Assembly: GCA_043810925.1 (NCBI GenBank)
Contig: JBDRNT010000069.1
Location: 34,352-98,351, forward strand
Source of the DNA: Candidatus Eiseniibacteriota bacterium
GTDB taxonomy: Bacteria > Arandabacterota > Arandabacteria > Arandabacterales > Arandabacteraceae
Length of the DNA: 64,000 nucleotides
Reading direction: 5' to 3'
Shown: positions 33,527 to 43,292 of the stretch, in pieces
Layout of the letters: every line of letters starts with the position of its first letter
How positions within the stretch are numbered: the stretch's first letter is position 1
The notes under the pieces: model-generated
Told to the model about the DNA's origin: nothing
Database searches by the model: none
The model's input: only the letters and a program-made list of their open reading frames with translations
Made by a program: the position numbers and the translations under genes

Positions 33527-35230
33527 TTATGTGTCACTCGCGGTCTCTCTCAGCACTTCCTCAACCGTTGTGAGGCCGGCCTTGAGTTTGAGTAGAGCAT
33601 CCTGGCGGAGCGTAAGCATCCCTTCGTCCACAGCCTGTTTCTTGAGTTGGTCGCTGGGGGCCCTGTCGAGTATCAGCGTCCTTATGGCCGGGCTTATCGG
33701 CATGATTTCGTATACGCCCTGCCGGCCGGCATAGCCCGTATCGCTGCATTTCGAGCACCCGCGCCCCTTGTAAAACCGGATGCCCTTCGCCTCCGACATC
33801 GGGATACCAAGCTCTCTGAGGGCCTCGGGATGAGCCTCTACCTCGGACTTGCACCGGGAACATACCTTCCTCAGAAGCCTCTGGGCCAGAACGAGATTGA
33901 GCGAGGCTGCGACAAGAAACGGCTCGACTCCCATGTCGACCAGCCTGTCCATTGTGCTCGGCGCATCGTTTGTGTGTACGGTCGAGAGGACAAGGTGTCC
34001 GGTGAGAGCCGCCTTAACAGCTATGGAGCCCGTGTCCGAGTCCCGGATCTCACCGACCATGATCACATTGGGATCCTGGCGGAGAAACGCCCGCAACGAC
34101 TTCGCGAACGTAAGGCCTATCTCTTCGTGGATCTGGACCTGGTTTATGCCGTCTATGTTATACTCAACGGGATCCTCCGATGTCATGATGTTGACGTCAG
34201 GCCGGTTGATTCTGTTCAAGGCTGAATAGAGGGTGGTTGTCTTTCCGCTGCCGGTTGGCCCTGTCACGAGCACCAATCCGTAGGGAGCATCGATGGCCCG
34301 CGTAAGGTTATGGAGGGCGTTCTCCTCCATGCCGAATTGAGCTAGGTCAAGGGCCAGGTTGCCTTTGTCCAGTATTCTCATTACGATCTTTTCGCCGAAT
34401 ATCGTCGGAAGTGAAGATACCCTGAGGTCTATTGTCTTCTTGTCCACTCGGATCTTTATTCTGCCGTCCTGAGGGAGCCGTCTTTCGGCTATGTCGAGAT
34501 CCGACATAACCTTGATCCTTGATATGATGGCCGACTTCATCTTGGCCGGCTGCTTGATCACTTCATGGAGGGTTCCGTCGATTCTGAAACGCACCCGGAA
34601 GATCTTCTCGGCGGGCTCGATATGTATATCACTTGCGCGCTTCTTGACCGCATCGGCGATCACGGAGTTCACGAATCTTATGACGGGAGCCTGTTCGGCC
34701 TCTTCCAGGCCTTCTTCGTCGTCGTCACTCTCTTCGAGTACTTCAACGTCCTGATCGTCAAGGTCCCTGGCCATATCCTCAAGATCATCTTTGGCCGTGT
34801 AGTGCTGCTCGATGGCGGATGCAAGCGAGATTTCGGTGGCCACCATTGGCTTGATTTCAAGCCCGGTTATGAACTTCAGGTCATCTATAGCACACATATC
34901 AGTCGGGTCGGCCATCGCCAGGGCAAGTGTCCTCCCGTGCTTCTGAACCGGCACAACCGTGTACTTCGATGCCACCTCTGCGGGAACGAGCCTTATCACC
35001 GCCTGGGGGATCTCGATACTTAAGGGATTGACCGCATCGACCGAGTAGATGTGTGCAAGAAACTCCAGCACCCGCTCTTCCGACATGAGACCCAGCTTTA
35101 CCAGTGCTCTCTGTAGTGAGATGCCGGCGTTTTCGGCCTCGCGCGCCACTGCGGAAATCTCGTCGCCCTTAAGCAGGCCAAGATCCGCCAGTTTCTCTAA
35201 GATGTCGGTCTTAAGTACCATGTTAGACAA
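33527..35230 (-). CDS. pilB: Type IV pilus assembly (extension) ATPase PilB.
   Basis: N-terminal GSPII/T2SSE_N domains, Walker A GPTGSGKTTTL and a tetracysteine motif (CSRC...CSKC). Confidence 0.9.
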   Translation of the reverse strand: MSNMVLKTDILEKLADLGLLKGDEISAVAREAENAGISLQRALVKLGLMSEERVLEFLAHIYSVDAVNPLSIEIPQAVIRLVPAEVASKYTVVPVQKHGRTLALAMADPTDMCAIDDLKFITGLEIKPMVATEISLASAIEQHYTAKDDLEDMARDLDDQDVEVLEESDDDEEGLEEAEQAPVIRFVNSVIADAVKKRASDIHIEPAEKIFRVRFRIDGTLHEVIKQPAKMKSAIISRIKVMSDLDIAERRLPQDGRIKIRVDKKTIDLRVSSLPTIFGEKIVMRILDKGNLALDLAQFGMEENALHNLTRAIDAPYGLVLVTGPTGSGKTTTLYSALNRINRPDVNIMTSEDPVEYNIDGINQVQIHEEIGLTFAKSLRAFLRQDPNVIMVGEIRDSDTGSIAVKAALTGHLVLSTVHTNDAPSTMDRLVDMGVEPFLVAASLNLVLAQRLLRKVCSRCKSEVEAHPEALRELGIPMSEAKGIRFYKGRGCSKCSDTGYAGRQGVYEIMPISPAIRTLILDRAPSDQLKKQAVDEGMLTLRQDALLKLKAGLTTVEEVLRETASDT

Positions 35231-35436
35231 CCAATCGGTAACCGTTCCAATGTGAGAACCCTGGCACCACTATAGTGCAATACACATACCAGTCTCCGGT
35301 GTGCAAAACCTTGCCCCAAACTGGTATGAATTCCCCAAAATGCCACAAAGGACTGAGAGCATTCGCTGGTCGCATAACGCCGGCAATGCAATTGTGGATT
35401 GCAACTTGCAGAACGTGTTGCAGAGTGCAACGGCTC

Positions 35437-35817
35437 TTATTCACCTGGAAGACTTTCACCACCACCTGCGCAGACGTATTTCCTGATCACGGCCAGGGTC
35501 TTTTCACCGATACCTTTGACCTGCACCAGGTCTTCCACCTTTTCAAACAGTCCGTTCCGGTCGCGCCACTCGATTATTGCCCCCGCCCGTGTCGGCCCGA
35601 TGGAAGGCAGCGCCATAAGCTCTTCCCGGGTGGCGGTGTTTATGTCCAGCACGACATACTCGTGCCGTGACTGATCGCATGAATCTGAAGTCTCCTTCTG
35701 GTTTTCCCCTGGGAGAGTGCGTCCCGTCTTCTCCCACCCCAGTACGCCGGTTAAGATGCCGACTGTTACTGTGATGACTAAGATCGCGCCAGCAAGTCTT
35801 TCCCGGCCATTCACCAC
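35437..35817 (-). CDS. comEA: ComEA-like helix-hairpin-helix DNA-binding competence protein.
   Basis: Transmembrane or signal anchor plus a C-terminal tandem HhH (DINTATREELMALPSIGPTRAGAIIEWRDRNGLFEKVEDLVQVKGIGEKTL). Confidence 0.8.
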   Translation of the reverse strand: MVNGRERLAGAILVITVTVGILTGVLGWEKTGRTLPGENQKETSDSCDQSRHEYVVLDINTATREELMALPSIGPTRAGAIIEWRDRNGLFEKVEDLVQVKGIGEKTLAVIRKYVCAGGGESLPGE

Positions 35818-35913
35818 CTAAACCCCATCATCTTCCTTATCGTCATCCGGTGCGCTATGGTTTACATCTTGTTGAAAAAAAGAGAGAATTCCTACGGGGC
35901 TTAAAACAAAGGC

Positions 35914-36987
35914 CTACAGGAGGTCCGTGAATCCTTTTTCCTCGATCAGATCCGTGAGGGTCTTCACCGCCTCACCACTTCCCCTCTTCATGACCAGAAT
36001 CGCATCGTCAGTCTCGACTATTGTAACATCATCAAGACCTACGGTCGCCACCAGCCGTTTGTCCGAATAGATGATGCAGTTCCTGGTATCTATTGCCACG
36101 TGTGCACCATGCACGGAGTTACCGGCCTCGTCCTTCTTCAGATACTTCGCAAATGAATCCCAGCTGCCGACATCATCCCAGCCGAAGTCTGCGGGAACCA
36201 CGCAGGCGATGTCGGTCTTCTCCATGACGCCGTAGTCAATCGAGATATTCTCGATATTGGAGTAGCACCGGGCCAACCGTGCCGGCAGATCGGAGGTTCC
36301 GAAAGCGTCCTGACACTTCTCGAACTCGCTTTGCATCCGGGGAAGGAACTTCCCGATTTCAACAAGGATTGCGGAGGCCTTGAAAACGAACATGCCCGCA
36401 TTCCACATGTAATCCCCGGCCTTGAGATATTCCTCAGCCTTCTCAAGCGACGGCTTCTCGACGAATTCACCCACTCTGTAGAATTCAGAACCTCCGGTAT
36501 TCCCGACGGCCTCTCCGAGCTTGATGTAGCCGAAGCCGGTAGCCGGTCGCCCGGGCTTGATACCCATCGTGAGCAGTGAACCGGTCCTCTCGACAAACTC
36601 CATCCCGTCCGAAAGCACACGTCTGAAGCCCTCGATGTCTCCGATCACATGATCCGCAGGCAGGAAAGCAAGCACTGCATCCCCCATTTGCTCCCTGACA
36701 TAGTGAGATGCGAAGGCGACACACGCGGCCGTGTTCCTCCCCACAGGCTCCTTGAGAACCCGTACACCCTCGAAGTCTTCTATCGCACGGGAGGTCGCTT
36801 CAGCCTGCAGTTCCTGTGTCACAATCAGAATGTGATCAGGTTCAAACAATGGGGCGATTCTCTCAAGTGTGGATTCGAGCAGCGTTTTGCCGTCGATCAA
36901 CCTGATCAGTTGCTTGGCCCTGGTTGCCCTGCTTAGCGGCCAGAATCTCCGTCCCCGGCCTCCCGACATGATAACGGCAACCCTCAA
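35914..36987 (-). CDS. manC: Mannose-1-phosphate guanylyltransferase (GDP-mannose pyrophosphorylase).
   Basis: Nucleotidyltransferase N-terminus MSGGRGRRFWPLSR.... ManC-like sequence throughout; 357 aa. Confidence 0.75.
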   Translation of the reverse strand: MRVAVIMSGGRGRRFWPLSRATRAKQLIRLIDGKTLLESTLERIAPLFEPDHILIVTQELQAEATSRAIEDFEGVRVLKEPVGRNTAACVAFASHYVREQMGDAVLAFLPADHVIGDIEGFRRVLSDGMEFVERTGSLLTMGIKPGRPATGFGYIKLGEAVGNTGGSEFYRVGEFVEKPSLEKAEEYLKAGDYMWNAGMFVFKASAILVEIGKFLPRMQSEFEKCQDAFGTSDLPARLARCYSNIENISIDYGVMEKTDIACVVPADFGWDDVGSWDSFAKYLKKDEAGNSVHGAHVAIDTRNCIIYSDKRLVATVGLDDVTIVETDDAILVMKRGSGEAVKTLTDLIEEKGFTDLL

Positions 36988-37059
36988 GACACCACCCCCG
37001 ACCCTTCCCCAACATCATGTCGCATCATGCTCCTCCATCCGGTGTCGATACCGGCGTTT

Positions 37060-37554
37060 CTAAAGAAACGCTCCCGCCGTAGTCGCATCCTTTGCCGCTT
37101 CGGGCAGGTACTGCGCTATGGCCTTCACAGCGATGAGGAGCTGCCGGGCAAGCACGGACTCTTCAACCATCGCAATGTCCGCGCCAAGCCGCTCTGCTAA
37201 GGTCAGGAGGATCCCGATCGCGAGCCCCATCAGACACGCCCCGACAACCGCACCGATCATCCTGTCAATAATCCGCAGATTCGCAACCTTGGCAAGCCCG
37301 GATAACATCTTGCCGAGCAGTCCGATGAATATCGCTACGACAAGAAACGTAAGGACGAAGACAAATACCTTGCCCGCTGCCGGGTGAGAGAGCTGGCTCG
37401 TGACCGACTCGGCACCAGCCGCCGCCCGGCCTCCTATGACCACCCCTATCACCAGGGCAAGCACAATGGATATCTCCTGAATAGCACCTTTAAAGACACC
37501 GTGCACGAGACCCAGGATCATAAGTGCGCCTATTACTACATCCACCAGATTCAA
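37060..37554 (-). CDS. cvpA: CvpA family membrane protein.
   Basis: Four transmembrane helices and a CvpA-like sequence (MNLVDVVIGALMILGLVHGVFKG...). Confidence 0.65.
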   Translation of the reverse strand: MNLVDVVIGALMILGLVHGVFKGAIQEISIVLALVIGVVIGGRAAAGAESVTSQLSHPAAGKVFVFVLTFLVVAIFIGLLGKMLSGLAKVANLRIIDRMIGAVVGACLMGLAIGILLTLAERLGADIAMVEESVLARQLLIAVKAIAQYLPEAAKDATTAGAFL

Positions 37555-38249
37555 TTGCCTTCACCTCGCTTGTGTACTGTCTTTCCGATTGAGTTTACAT
37601 ATATGGAGAACTCGGTTTCGCCGTCGACACCTATCAGTCGGTCGACTTCCACATCGTTAAATGCCCCGATGGGGACGGCCCCCAGGCCCAGGGATGTGGA
37701 CTCGAGACAGATGTTCTGGCTGATGTGACCAGCTTCCATGTAAATATACCTGACTCCCCTGCTGCCATACGATGCGGTCGTCCGTTCGGGAACCGCCGCC
37801 AGCACAAAGGAGACGGCGGCCCCGCGTGGCATGCTCTGTCCCAGACAGGCAGCCGCAAGACTGTCCCCGTAAGAGCCGGCCCTGATCAGTTCTACGGCGT
37901 GCCCCGGTGGCAGATAACGGTACACGCCTGAGTCAAGCCCGGCCACTCTGTTCACAAAAACGTAGATCTCCATCGGATACGTCGCTCCCGCGGAGGGAGC
38001 CGACCTCAGTCCGACTTCGCCGCGCTGACCTGTGACCCCCTGTGCTGCATAGAGGATCTGAGACAGCTCCTCAAGACTCAGACTCTCGTCACTGTACGAC
38101 CTGACCGACCGTCTCCCGGCAATCGCCTCTTCCACAGACATCCCGACCAGCGACGGTTCCGGGAGATCGACCCGTGAGTCCTCGCTTACCACCGGGCAGG
38201 AGTTAAGGACAATGACAATGGCCGGAGCTACAAGGAGCAAATGCTTCAT
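37551..38249 (-). CDS. SagB-type/nitroreductase-family dehydrogenase, probable lipoprotein.
   Basis: Lipobox-like VLNSCPVV. Nitroreductase signature (RRSVRSYSDESLSLEELSQILYAAQG). Confidence 0.6.
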   Translation of the reverse strand: MKHLLLVAPAIVIVLNSCPVVSEDSRVDLPEPSLVGMSVEEAIAGRRSVRSYSDESLSLEELSQILYAAQGVTGQRGEVGLRSAPSAGATYPMEIYVFVNRVAGLDSGVYRYLPPGHAVELIRAGSYGDSLAAACLGQSMPRGAAVSFVLAAVPERTTASYGSRGVRYIYMEAGHISQNICLESTSLGLGAVPIGAFNDVEVDRLIGVDGETEFSIYVNSIGKTVHKRGEGN

Positions 38250-38401
38250 AGCGTAGCCAGCCTACACCCGACTTCGAAATGGTGTCAAGCCAATACTTGT
38301 TGGTGCCGGACGCTTCGCGCCGCCGGCATCGGCTGTAGATGCAACGGGCAGTCCGTCCGCAAAACGAACCTGCCGCCGGACCTACCGTTGATCCGCAGCC
38401 G

Positions 38402-40516
38402 TCAGTCAATCAACTCCCAGGCAAAACCGATTTCGTACGACCGTCCCGGCAGGACAGGCTGTCCCCATCCCGCGTGGACCTCGTCATCGAAGACGTTGGT
38501 GATCTTCCCGAAGATTCTGGCACGATCGATGGATACGTGACCCAGTACGAAGCCCGAAACGGAACCCGGAAGGGACGAATCCTTCCGGCAGTCGCTTTCA
38601 CCGCTGCATGCGGCGAAACGGTTACCTGCGCTCACGCTTGAAGTCCAGGTTCCCGCGAACGTGAGACCGGTTCCTATGTGCCTCGTGATCTCCTTACCCG
38701 TCCTCAGCCTCCACGCAAGCCTTCTCGATGGCTGGTACTCAAGGTCATCCCCGGACTCATCGATTGAGTGGCGGACAGTGCATGAAACCAGGCCTTCAAG
38801 CCATGGTGGAAGCGTAAAATCAACCGTAGCGTCCAGGCCTTTGATATCAGCCTCCCTGTCCGTGGATCTCAAGCGGGCGCATGCCTCATCCGTCCGCACC
38901 GCTATCATATCATTCACGTGTGTCCAGTAGAGGGCGAGTCGCGCTCCCCAAGAATCCCGCTCGATCCGCGTACCGAGCTCAAAGCCAATGGAATGCTCCG
39001 GGCCTGCTTCCCCCCGATCCAGGTTTGTGAGACCGGGAAACGCAAAACTCCGGCTGATTTCCGCAAAGACAGTCTGGCCTTCGCGAGCGAAGACCATGGC
39101 CGCCAGTGAGGGGGCTACTTCGACTTTGAAATCCGAGTTCTTGACGACCCCGAGACGTCCACTCAATTGCCACCGCTCCCACCTCATCTCTCTGTGGCCG
39201 AACGCCTGTACGTCATATGAGGATGTGTCACCAACCCTATCGCTATCCAGTTCGCGCGTTTTAGCTCCCAGGCCGTACGATGTAACCGTTGGGCCGTCCA
39301 GCCCTCTCACGAACGAAAGATCGATGCCGTTGAGGAGACCCTGGCTTGTCGGCGAGCCGTAGATGCCTTTGAAGGTAGAGCGCTCTGAGATATCAAGCCG
39401 GTAAAGGTTGATGTGATAGTTGGTTTCGAGGCCGCCCCTCACCGTAACTGCGATCAGCTCCCGCTTGGCCTTTTGCTTGCCCGGCCCCGTATCGGCAAGG
39501 TCGGGGCATGAATCGGGGAGCCCGATGTCACCCTCATACCGGAACCCGATGACATCAAGGACCCTGTTACTCCCAAGACCGGTCGTGAACTTACCGAATA
39601 TCTTCTCGCCTTCAGATGAGCTGTCATCGACCCAGCCCCCGCACCTTGCATTCTCGTAGGCACCCAGAACCCCCAGGCCTCCCGCGAGCGATCTTCGTAG
39701 GGCCAGATTGATTGACCTGCTGCCGAAGCCCCCCCACCACATATCCACCTGACTTAACGGGACATCCGTTACGGCATTCGCTGGGACGATATTCACCACA
39801 CCACTCACTGCACCCGAACCGTTTATCGATGACGCTCCGCCTTTAAGGATCTCAATCCCGGACATACCGGCAAGCGGCAGCCAGTTAAGATCAAAGACTT
39901 CGAGCTGGCGATCGGACACGGGAATTCCATCAAGCAGGTACACGACCTCATCGGGTCTGCCCGCTCTCAGACTCAACGACAGGGGTAGCCCATACGAGCC
40001 CCGCGTTGTCACACCCGCCCCTGAATCCAGGAAGAGTGCGTCTCCCGGTGATACCGATGAAAGCTCATGCATATCTTCCGTCCCGATCACCGTGATCCGT
40101 TCTGAGCCCACCATCCCGGACGCCGGGAATATGCCGGCCCGGTCTAATCTGACCTGTGGCTCCTTTGCCTCGACCGAATCAGGCCTGGCCCATGGTACGT
40201 CCCCGGCATCGAGCCCGAGCGAATCAGGCCCGGCCGACGTCATCTCCTCAGGTTCGATCCCAAGCGAGTCCGGCTCCGCCGGTAGCACGCCCTCGGCCTC
40301 GAGCCCGAGCGAATCAGATTCAAGGGGTACCTCTGAATCACCGGCGTTCAGAGAGTCACCACCCTCAGGCACCTGTGCATCGTCAACTCTTACAGATATG
40401 GAATCATCCGCAGTACTCACCAGCACAGGAACGTCTTCAACGCACTCGGCACCGCGCAAGCCCGCAAGCAGGCACAGACACACGGCAAGCACCGGTATGA
40501 TGCGATTTGCCCTCAC
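38402..40516 (-). CDS. TonB-dependent outer-membrane receptor with an extended N-terminal repeat linker.
   Basis: Signal peptide, plug-like region and a 22-strand barrel ending ...GFAWELID. The N-terminus carries (A/P)DSLGLxxxx repeats. Confidence 0.75.
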   Translation of the reverse strand: MRANRIIPVLAVCLCLLAGLRGAECVEDVPVLVSTADDSISVRVDDAQVPEGGDSLNAGDSEVPLESDSLGLEAEGVLPAEPDSLGIEPEEMTSAGPDSLGLDAGDVPWARPDSVEAKEPQVRLDRAGIFPASGMVGSERITVIGTEDMHELSSVSPGDALFLDSGAGVTTRGSYGLPLSLSLRAGRPDEVVYLLDGIPVSDRQLEVFDLNWLPLAGMSGIEILKGGASSINGSGAVSGVVNIVPANAVTDVPLSQVDMWWGGFGSRSINLALRRSLAGGLGVLGAYENARCGGWVDDSSSEGEKIFGKFTTGLGSNRVLDVIGFRYEGDIGLPDSCPDLADTGPGKQKAKRELIAVTVRGGLETNYHINLYRLDISERSTFKGIYGSPTSQGLLNGIDLSFVRGLDGPTVTSYGLGAKTRELDSDRVGDTSSYDVQAFGHREMRWERWQLSGRLGVVKNSDFKVEVAPSLAAMVFAREGQTVFAEISRSFAFPGLTNLDRGEAGPEHSIGFELGTRIERDSWGARLALYWTHVNDMIAVRTDEACARLRSTDREADIKGLDATVDFTLPPWLEGLVSCTVRHSIDESGDDLEYQPSRRLAWRLRTGKEITRHIGTGLTFAGTWTSSVSAGNRFAACSGESDCRKDSSLPGSVSGFVLGHVSIDRARIFGKITNVFDDEVHAGWGQPVLPGRSYEIGFAWELID
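40160..40330 (-). repeat. Imperfect ~45-nt tandem repeats (four copies) encoding an acidic DSLG(L/I)E linker.
   Basis: Nucleotide repeats gcctcgaccgaatcaggcc / gcatcgagcccgagcgaatcaggcc / ggttcgatcccaagcgagtccggc / gcctcgagcccgagcgaatcagat. Confidence 0.5.
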
Positions 40517-41037
40517 TTGTGTTCCTTCTCTGTTCTAAGGCGGTACTTCCGCACGATGAAAGTACTGACGCCTCCGAAAATCAAGGTGTTTGAAACGATG
40601 TGAAGCACCGAAAACGGAAGCCCCGCCGCAATTACAGGCAACGGATCTTTCCATCTTCCAATGGCGACGGCAAAACCATAGTCCGCCGCTATGCTGTATA
40701 CGAAGGTGAGGACTGCCCCGAAGCCCATCGCCAGGAATTCCGCCTTACCGAAGGCGACAGCGAGGATCCGCCAGAGATGACCGGACGATCCGATCACGGC
40801 CATAAGAAGGACCTGCGCGCCGAGCACCGCAGGCACAGGGGGACCCAGTGGATTGAATACCGAAAACAGCAGCATTGAAAGCCCACCCACCACGGCTCCC
40901 GACCGCCCACCCAGCAGGTACCCGGAGACAAAACTCACCACGGAAATGGCTTCAACATTGGGGACTGCGGCAAGTATGTAGCCCAGGGCAAGTGCCAGGG
41001 CTATCAGAACCGCCATCTTGCTCAAATGACCGACCAA
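40513..41037 (-). CDS. Small polytopic membrane protein (ECF-transporter S-component-like), translationally coupled to the TonB receptor.
   Basis: Five to six transmembrane helices. Probable TTG start at 41037 with a strong ribosome-binding site GGGGAGGGG 6 nt upstream. The annotated ORF up to 41247 is not protein-like. 4-nt overlap with the receptor gene. Confidence 0.5.
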   Translation of the reverse strand: MVGHLSKMAVLIALALALGYILAAVPNVEAISVVSFVSGYLLGGRSGAVVGGLSMLLFSVFNPLGPPVPAVLGAQVLLMAVIGSSGHLWRILAVAFGKAEFLAMGFGAVLTFVYSIAADYGFAVAIGRWKDPLPVIAAGLPFSVLHIVSNTLIFGGVSTFIVRKYRLRTEKEHK

Positions 41038-41346
41038 ATTGCGCCCCTCCCCCCCTACTCCTACCACAATAATTCCGGTGACACCATACCTAATTGTAGC
41101 GTCATCGCTCCCGCGGCGACGGCCTTTCGGTTTTTCGTACCGTCGGGGTTCCAGCCCCGACGTCATCATTATTGCGCACCACCCCCGTCCATGATACAAT
41201 CCTCTTAGGGGTAGTTGATGATGGGCTTCAAACTGAGCTGCAAGCACCTGGCTTTCCTACTCGTGGGGATCTGTGCGGCCTGCTTGCCCCCCGGAAACCT
41301 CAGAGAAACCGTCAGGCAATAATCAAGTATGGTGTCACCGAAATTA

Positions 41347-42177
41347 TTAGTAGTTTTTGGCGCGTTTGAGTTGTTCGATCGTTGAGAAGGGAACCGTGCA
41401 GGAGCCGAGATGGAGTTGACCGTCCCTGCGCCCGTGGCTGTCGGAGCCGCCGGTGGCCACAAGACCCATCTTATCCGCCAAACGGCTATAGCGCTGAATC
41501 TCGTTCTCCCGGTGCTTGGGGTGGTAGACTTCGATCGCACGCATACCGCTGGCCATGAAGTCGGCGATCAGGTCGTCCCGCCTGGACGTCCCCGGGTGGG
41601 CAACTGCGCCTATGCCGCCGGCCTTCGCAATCAGGTTGAATGCATCCGAGGGTTTGAGCAGGTACTTATGTACATAGGCTGGTGAGTGAAACCCGATGTA
41701 ATTCTTGAATGCCTCTTCAAGCGTTTCAACGCATCCGTTCTTAAGGAGCGCAGCGGCAATGTGCGGTCTCCCGACCGCCCCCTCGCCCGCGATCTCAAGC
41801 ACCGAATCCACCTTGATATCCACCCCCATGCTCCTCAGACGCTCGACCATTTCAATCCCACGATTGCGTCTTGCATCCCTGAAAAGTTGCAGGTACTTGA
41901 GTAGATTCTCGTCCTTCATATCAACCATATAGCCAAGGATATGAAGGTCGGACTTCCCTTCGACGGTGCTGAGCTCCACACCGGGAACCACTTCGAAGCC
42001 GCTGGAGCCCGCCGCCTCCATTGCCACCTCGACGCCGCCGATCTCGTCATGGTCGGTGATGGCAATGCCTGCCAGACCCATCTTCCGGGCTTCCAGTACC
42101 ATGTCCTCGGGTGTCATGTCACCGTCGGAGTAGATGGTGTGAACGTGTAGATCGACGCGGCCCTCTGTATCACTCAT
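41347..42177 (-). CDS. PHP-domain phosphoesterase (TrpH/YciV-like).
   Basis: PHP metal-binding motifs (VDLHVHTIYSDG, ITDHD, ...GGSDSHG). Confidence 0.75.
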   Translation of the reverse strand: MSDTEGRVDLHVHTIYSDGDMTPEDMVLEARKMGLAGIAITDHDEIGGVEVAMEAAGSSGFEVVPGVELSTVEGKSDLHILGYMVDMKDENLLKYLQLFRDARRNRGIEMVERLRSMGVDIKVDSVLEIAGEGAVGRPHIAAALLKNGCVETLEEAFKNYIGFHSPAYVHKYLLKPSDAFNLIAKAGGIGAVAHPGTSRRDDLIADFMASGMRAIEVYHPKHRENEIQRYSRLADKMGLVATGGSDSHGRRDGQLHLGSCTVPFSTIEQLKRAKNY

Positions 42178-43292
42178 TGGTTCTTACCCAGCTCCTCGAG
42201 ACGCACTTTAACGTCCCTGTAATCGGGGTCATTGTCGTATACCTGCCTGTAGCACTGGCGGGCCTCATCCAACTGATCGACCTTCTCATATGCCATTCCC
42301 AGAATGTAGCGCAGACCGAGACAGTCCGCTTCCGAGCTTGCCTCGGTTTCCAGGCCGGCCCTGAGCTCCTCTATGGCCAGATCGATGTCGCCCTTCTCCA
42401 CAAAACACCTGCCGGCCAGCTCGATACTCCTCAGGGCAAGATCGGGATGCTTCCTTGATACACCGAACTCCGTAAGCGCTTCATCATACAATCCGAGGTC
42501 GAGATACGATATCCCCAGGTCATAGTGAGACTGGTAGTCCTCCTCGCCGATCGCTTTGGCCACCTCTTCCCGGAAACTCCGGAGCACTTCCTCTATCTTA
42601 AGAGGAACATGATGCGCCAGTCCTATTCTCCTGTGAACGATCTCCACGCGGTCTGTTCCCTCGCCCTCAACCCTGACGTCTCTGGAGGCGGTGTCGACCA
42701 CCCCTCCCATCTGCTCCACCCTCTCCTTCATCCGGGAGGCCAGTTCCGCGTCACCGGTCCGCCTGTATATCTCCTCTGCAGCAATGAGCTCGCTACGCGC
42801 CTCATCCGGCAGGCCGATATGGATGTAGACCTCCGCGAGTTGCTCCCTGACCTTGACCTTGTCAGGGGCGAACTCTATCACCTTCTTAAGGGAGTCGACG
42901 GCCCTCTGAAGATCGCCCTTGTCTATCAGTTTCCCTGCGTACTCCAGGATATAGCCGACTGCTTCACCCCCGAAGCCCTGTTGGAAATACAGATCGCCCA
43001 GCAGGCGAAACGCATCAATGAAGTCCGGGTTGAGCCTGAGCATCTTGCGGCAAACAGCGATCGCGTTGCTGTAAAGATCTTCCTTCCCATACTTCCGGAC
43101 AGCCTCTTCGTACTGGCGAAACGCGGACTGTTCGTCGCCCTTCTTGAAGTGAACATCACCCATCAGGTTGTAGATGTTGGGGTCGACATCGTCCTCCTTG
43201 AGCAGCTTACGATACTCCTGAAGGGCATTGTCGAGATCTCCGGCCTGAGCGTACTCGTGCGCTCTCTTTCTTATCCTGAGGACCTCCGACAA
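42174..43292 (-). CDS. TPR-repeat protein.
   Basis: Multiple 34-aa TPR-like repeats with (Y/F)..A...Y patterns. Overlaps the PHP gene by 4 nt. Confidence 0.7.
   Translation of the reverse strand: MSEVLRIRKRAHEYAQAGDLDNALQEYRKLLKEDDVDPNIYNLMGDVHFKKGDEQSAFRQYEEAVRKYGKEDLYSNAIAVCRKMLRLNPDFIDAFRLLGDLYFQQGFGGEAVGYILEYAGKLIDKGDLQRAVDSLKKVIEFAPDKVKVREQLAEVYIHIGLPDEARSELIAAEEIYRRTGDAELASRMKERVEQMGGVVDTASRDVRVEGEGTDRVEIVHRRIGLAHHVPLKIEEVLRSFREEVAKAIGEEDYQSHYDLGISYLDLGLYDEALTEFGVSRKHPDLALRSIELAGRCFVEKGDIDLAIEELRAGLETEASSEADCLGLRYILGMAYEKVDQLDEARQCYRQVYDNDPDYRDVKVRLEELGKNQ

Noticed and set aside
35255-35275. TGGCAC...TAGTGCA resembling a sigma54 promoter in the comEA-pilB spacer.
   Set aside because: It is on the wrong strand for pilB, and the GG-GC spacing is 12 nt rather than 10.
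41141-41162. The perfect 8-bp hairpin as an intrinsic terminator.
   Set aside because: No T-tract follows it on the transcribed (minus) strand.
41038-41346. Cobalamin riboswitch in the long leader upstream of the TonB-receptor operon.
   Set aside because: The partial resemblance (gtaggaaagccaggtgc) was not accompanied by a B12-box (GCCACTG-like) element. It is kept only as an unclassified candidate leader.
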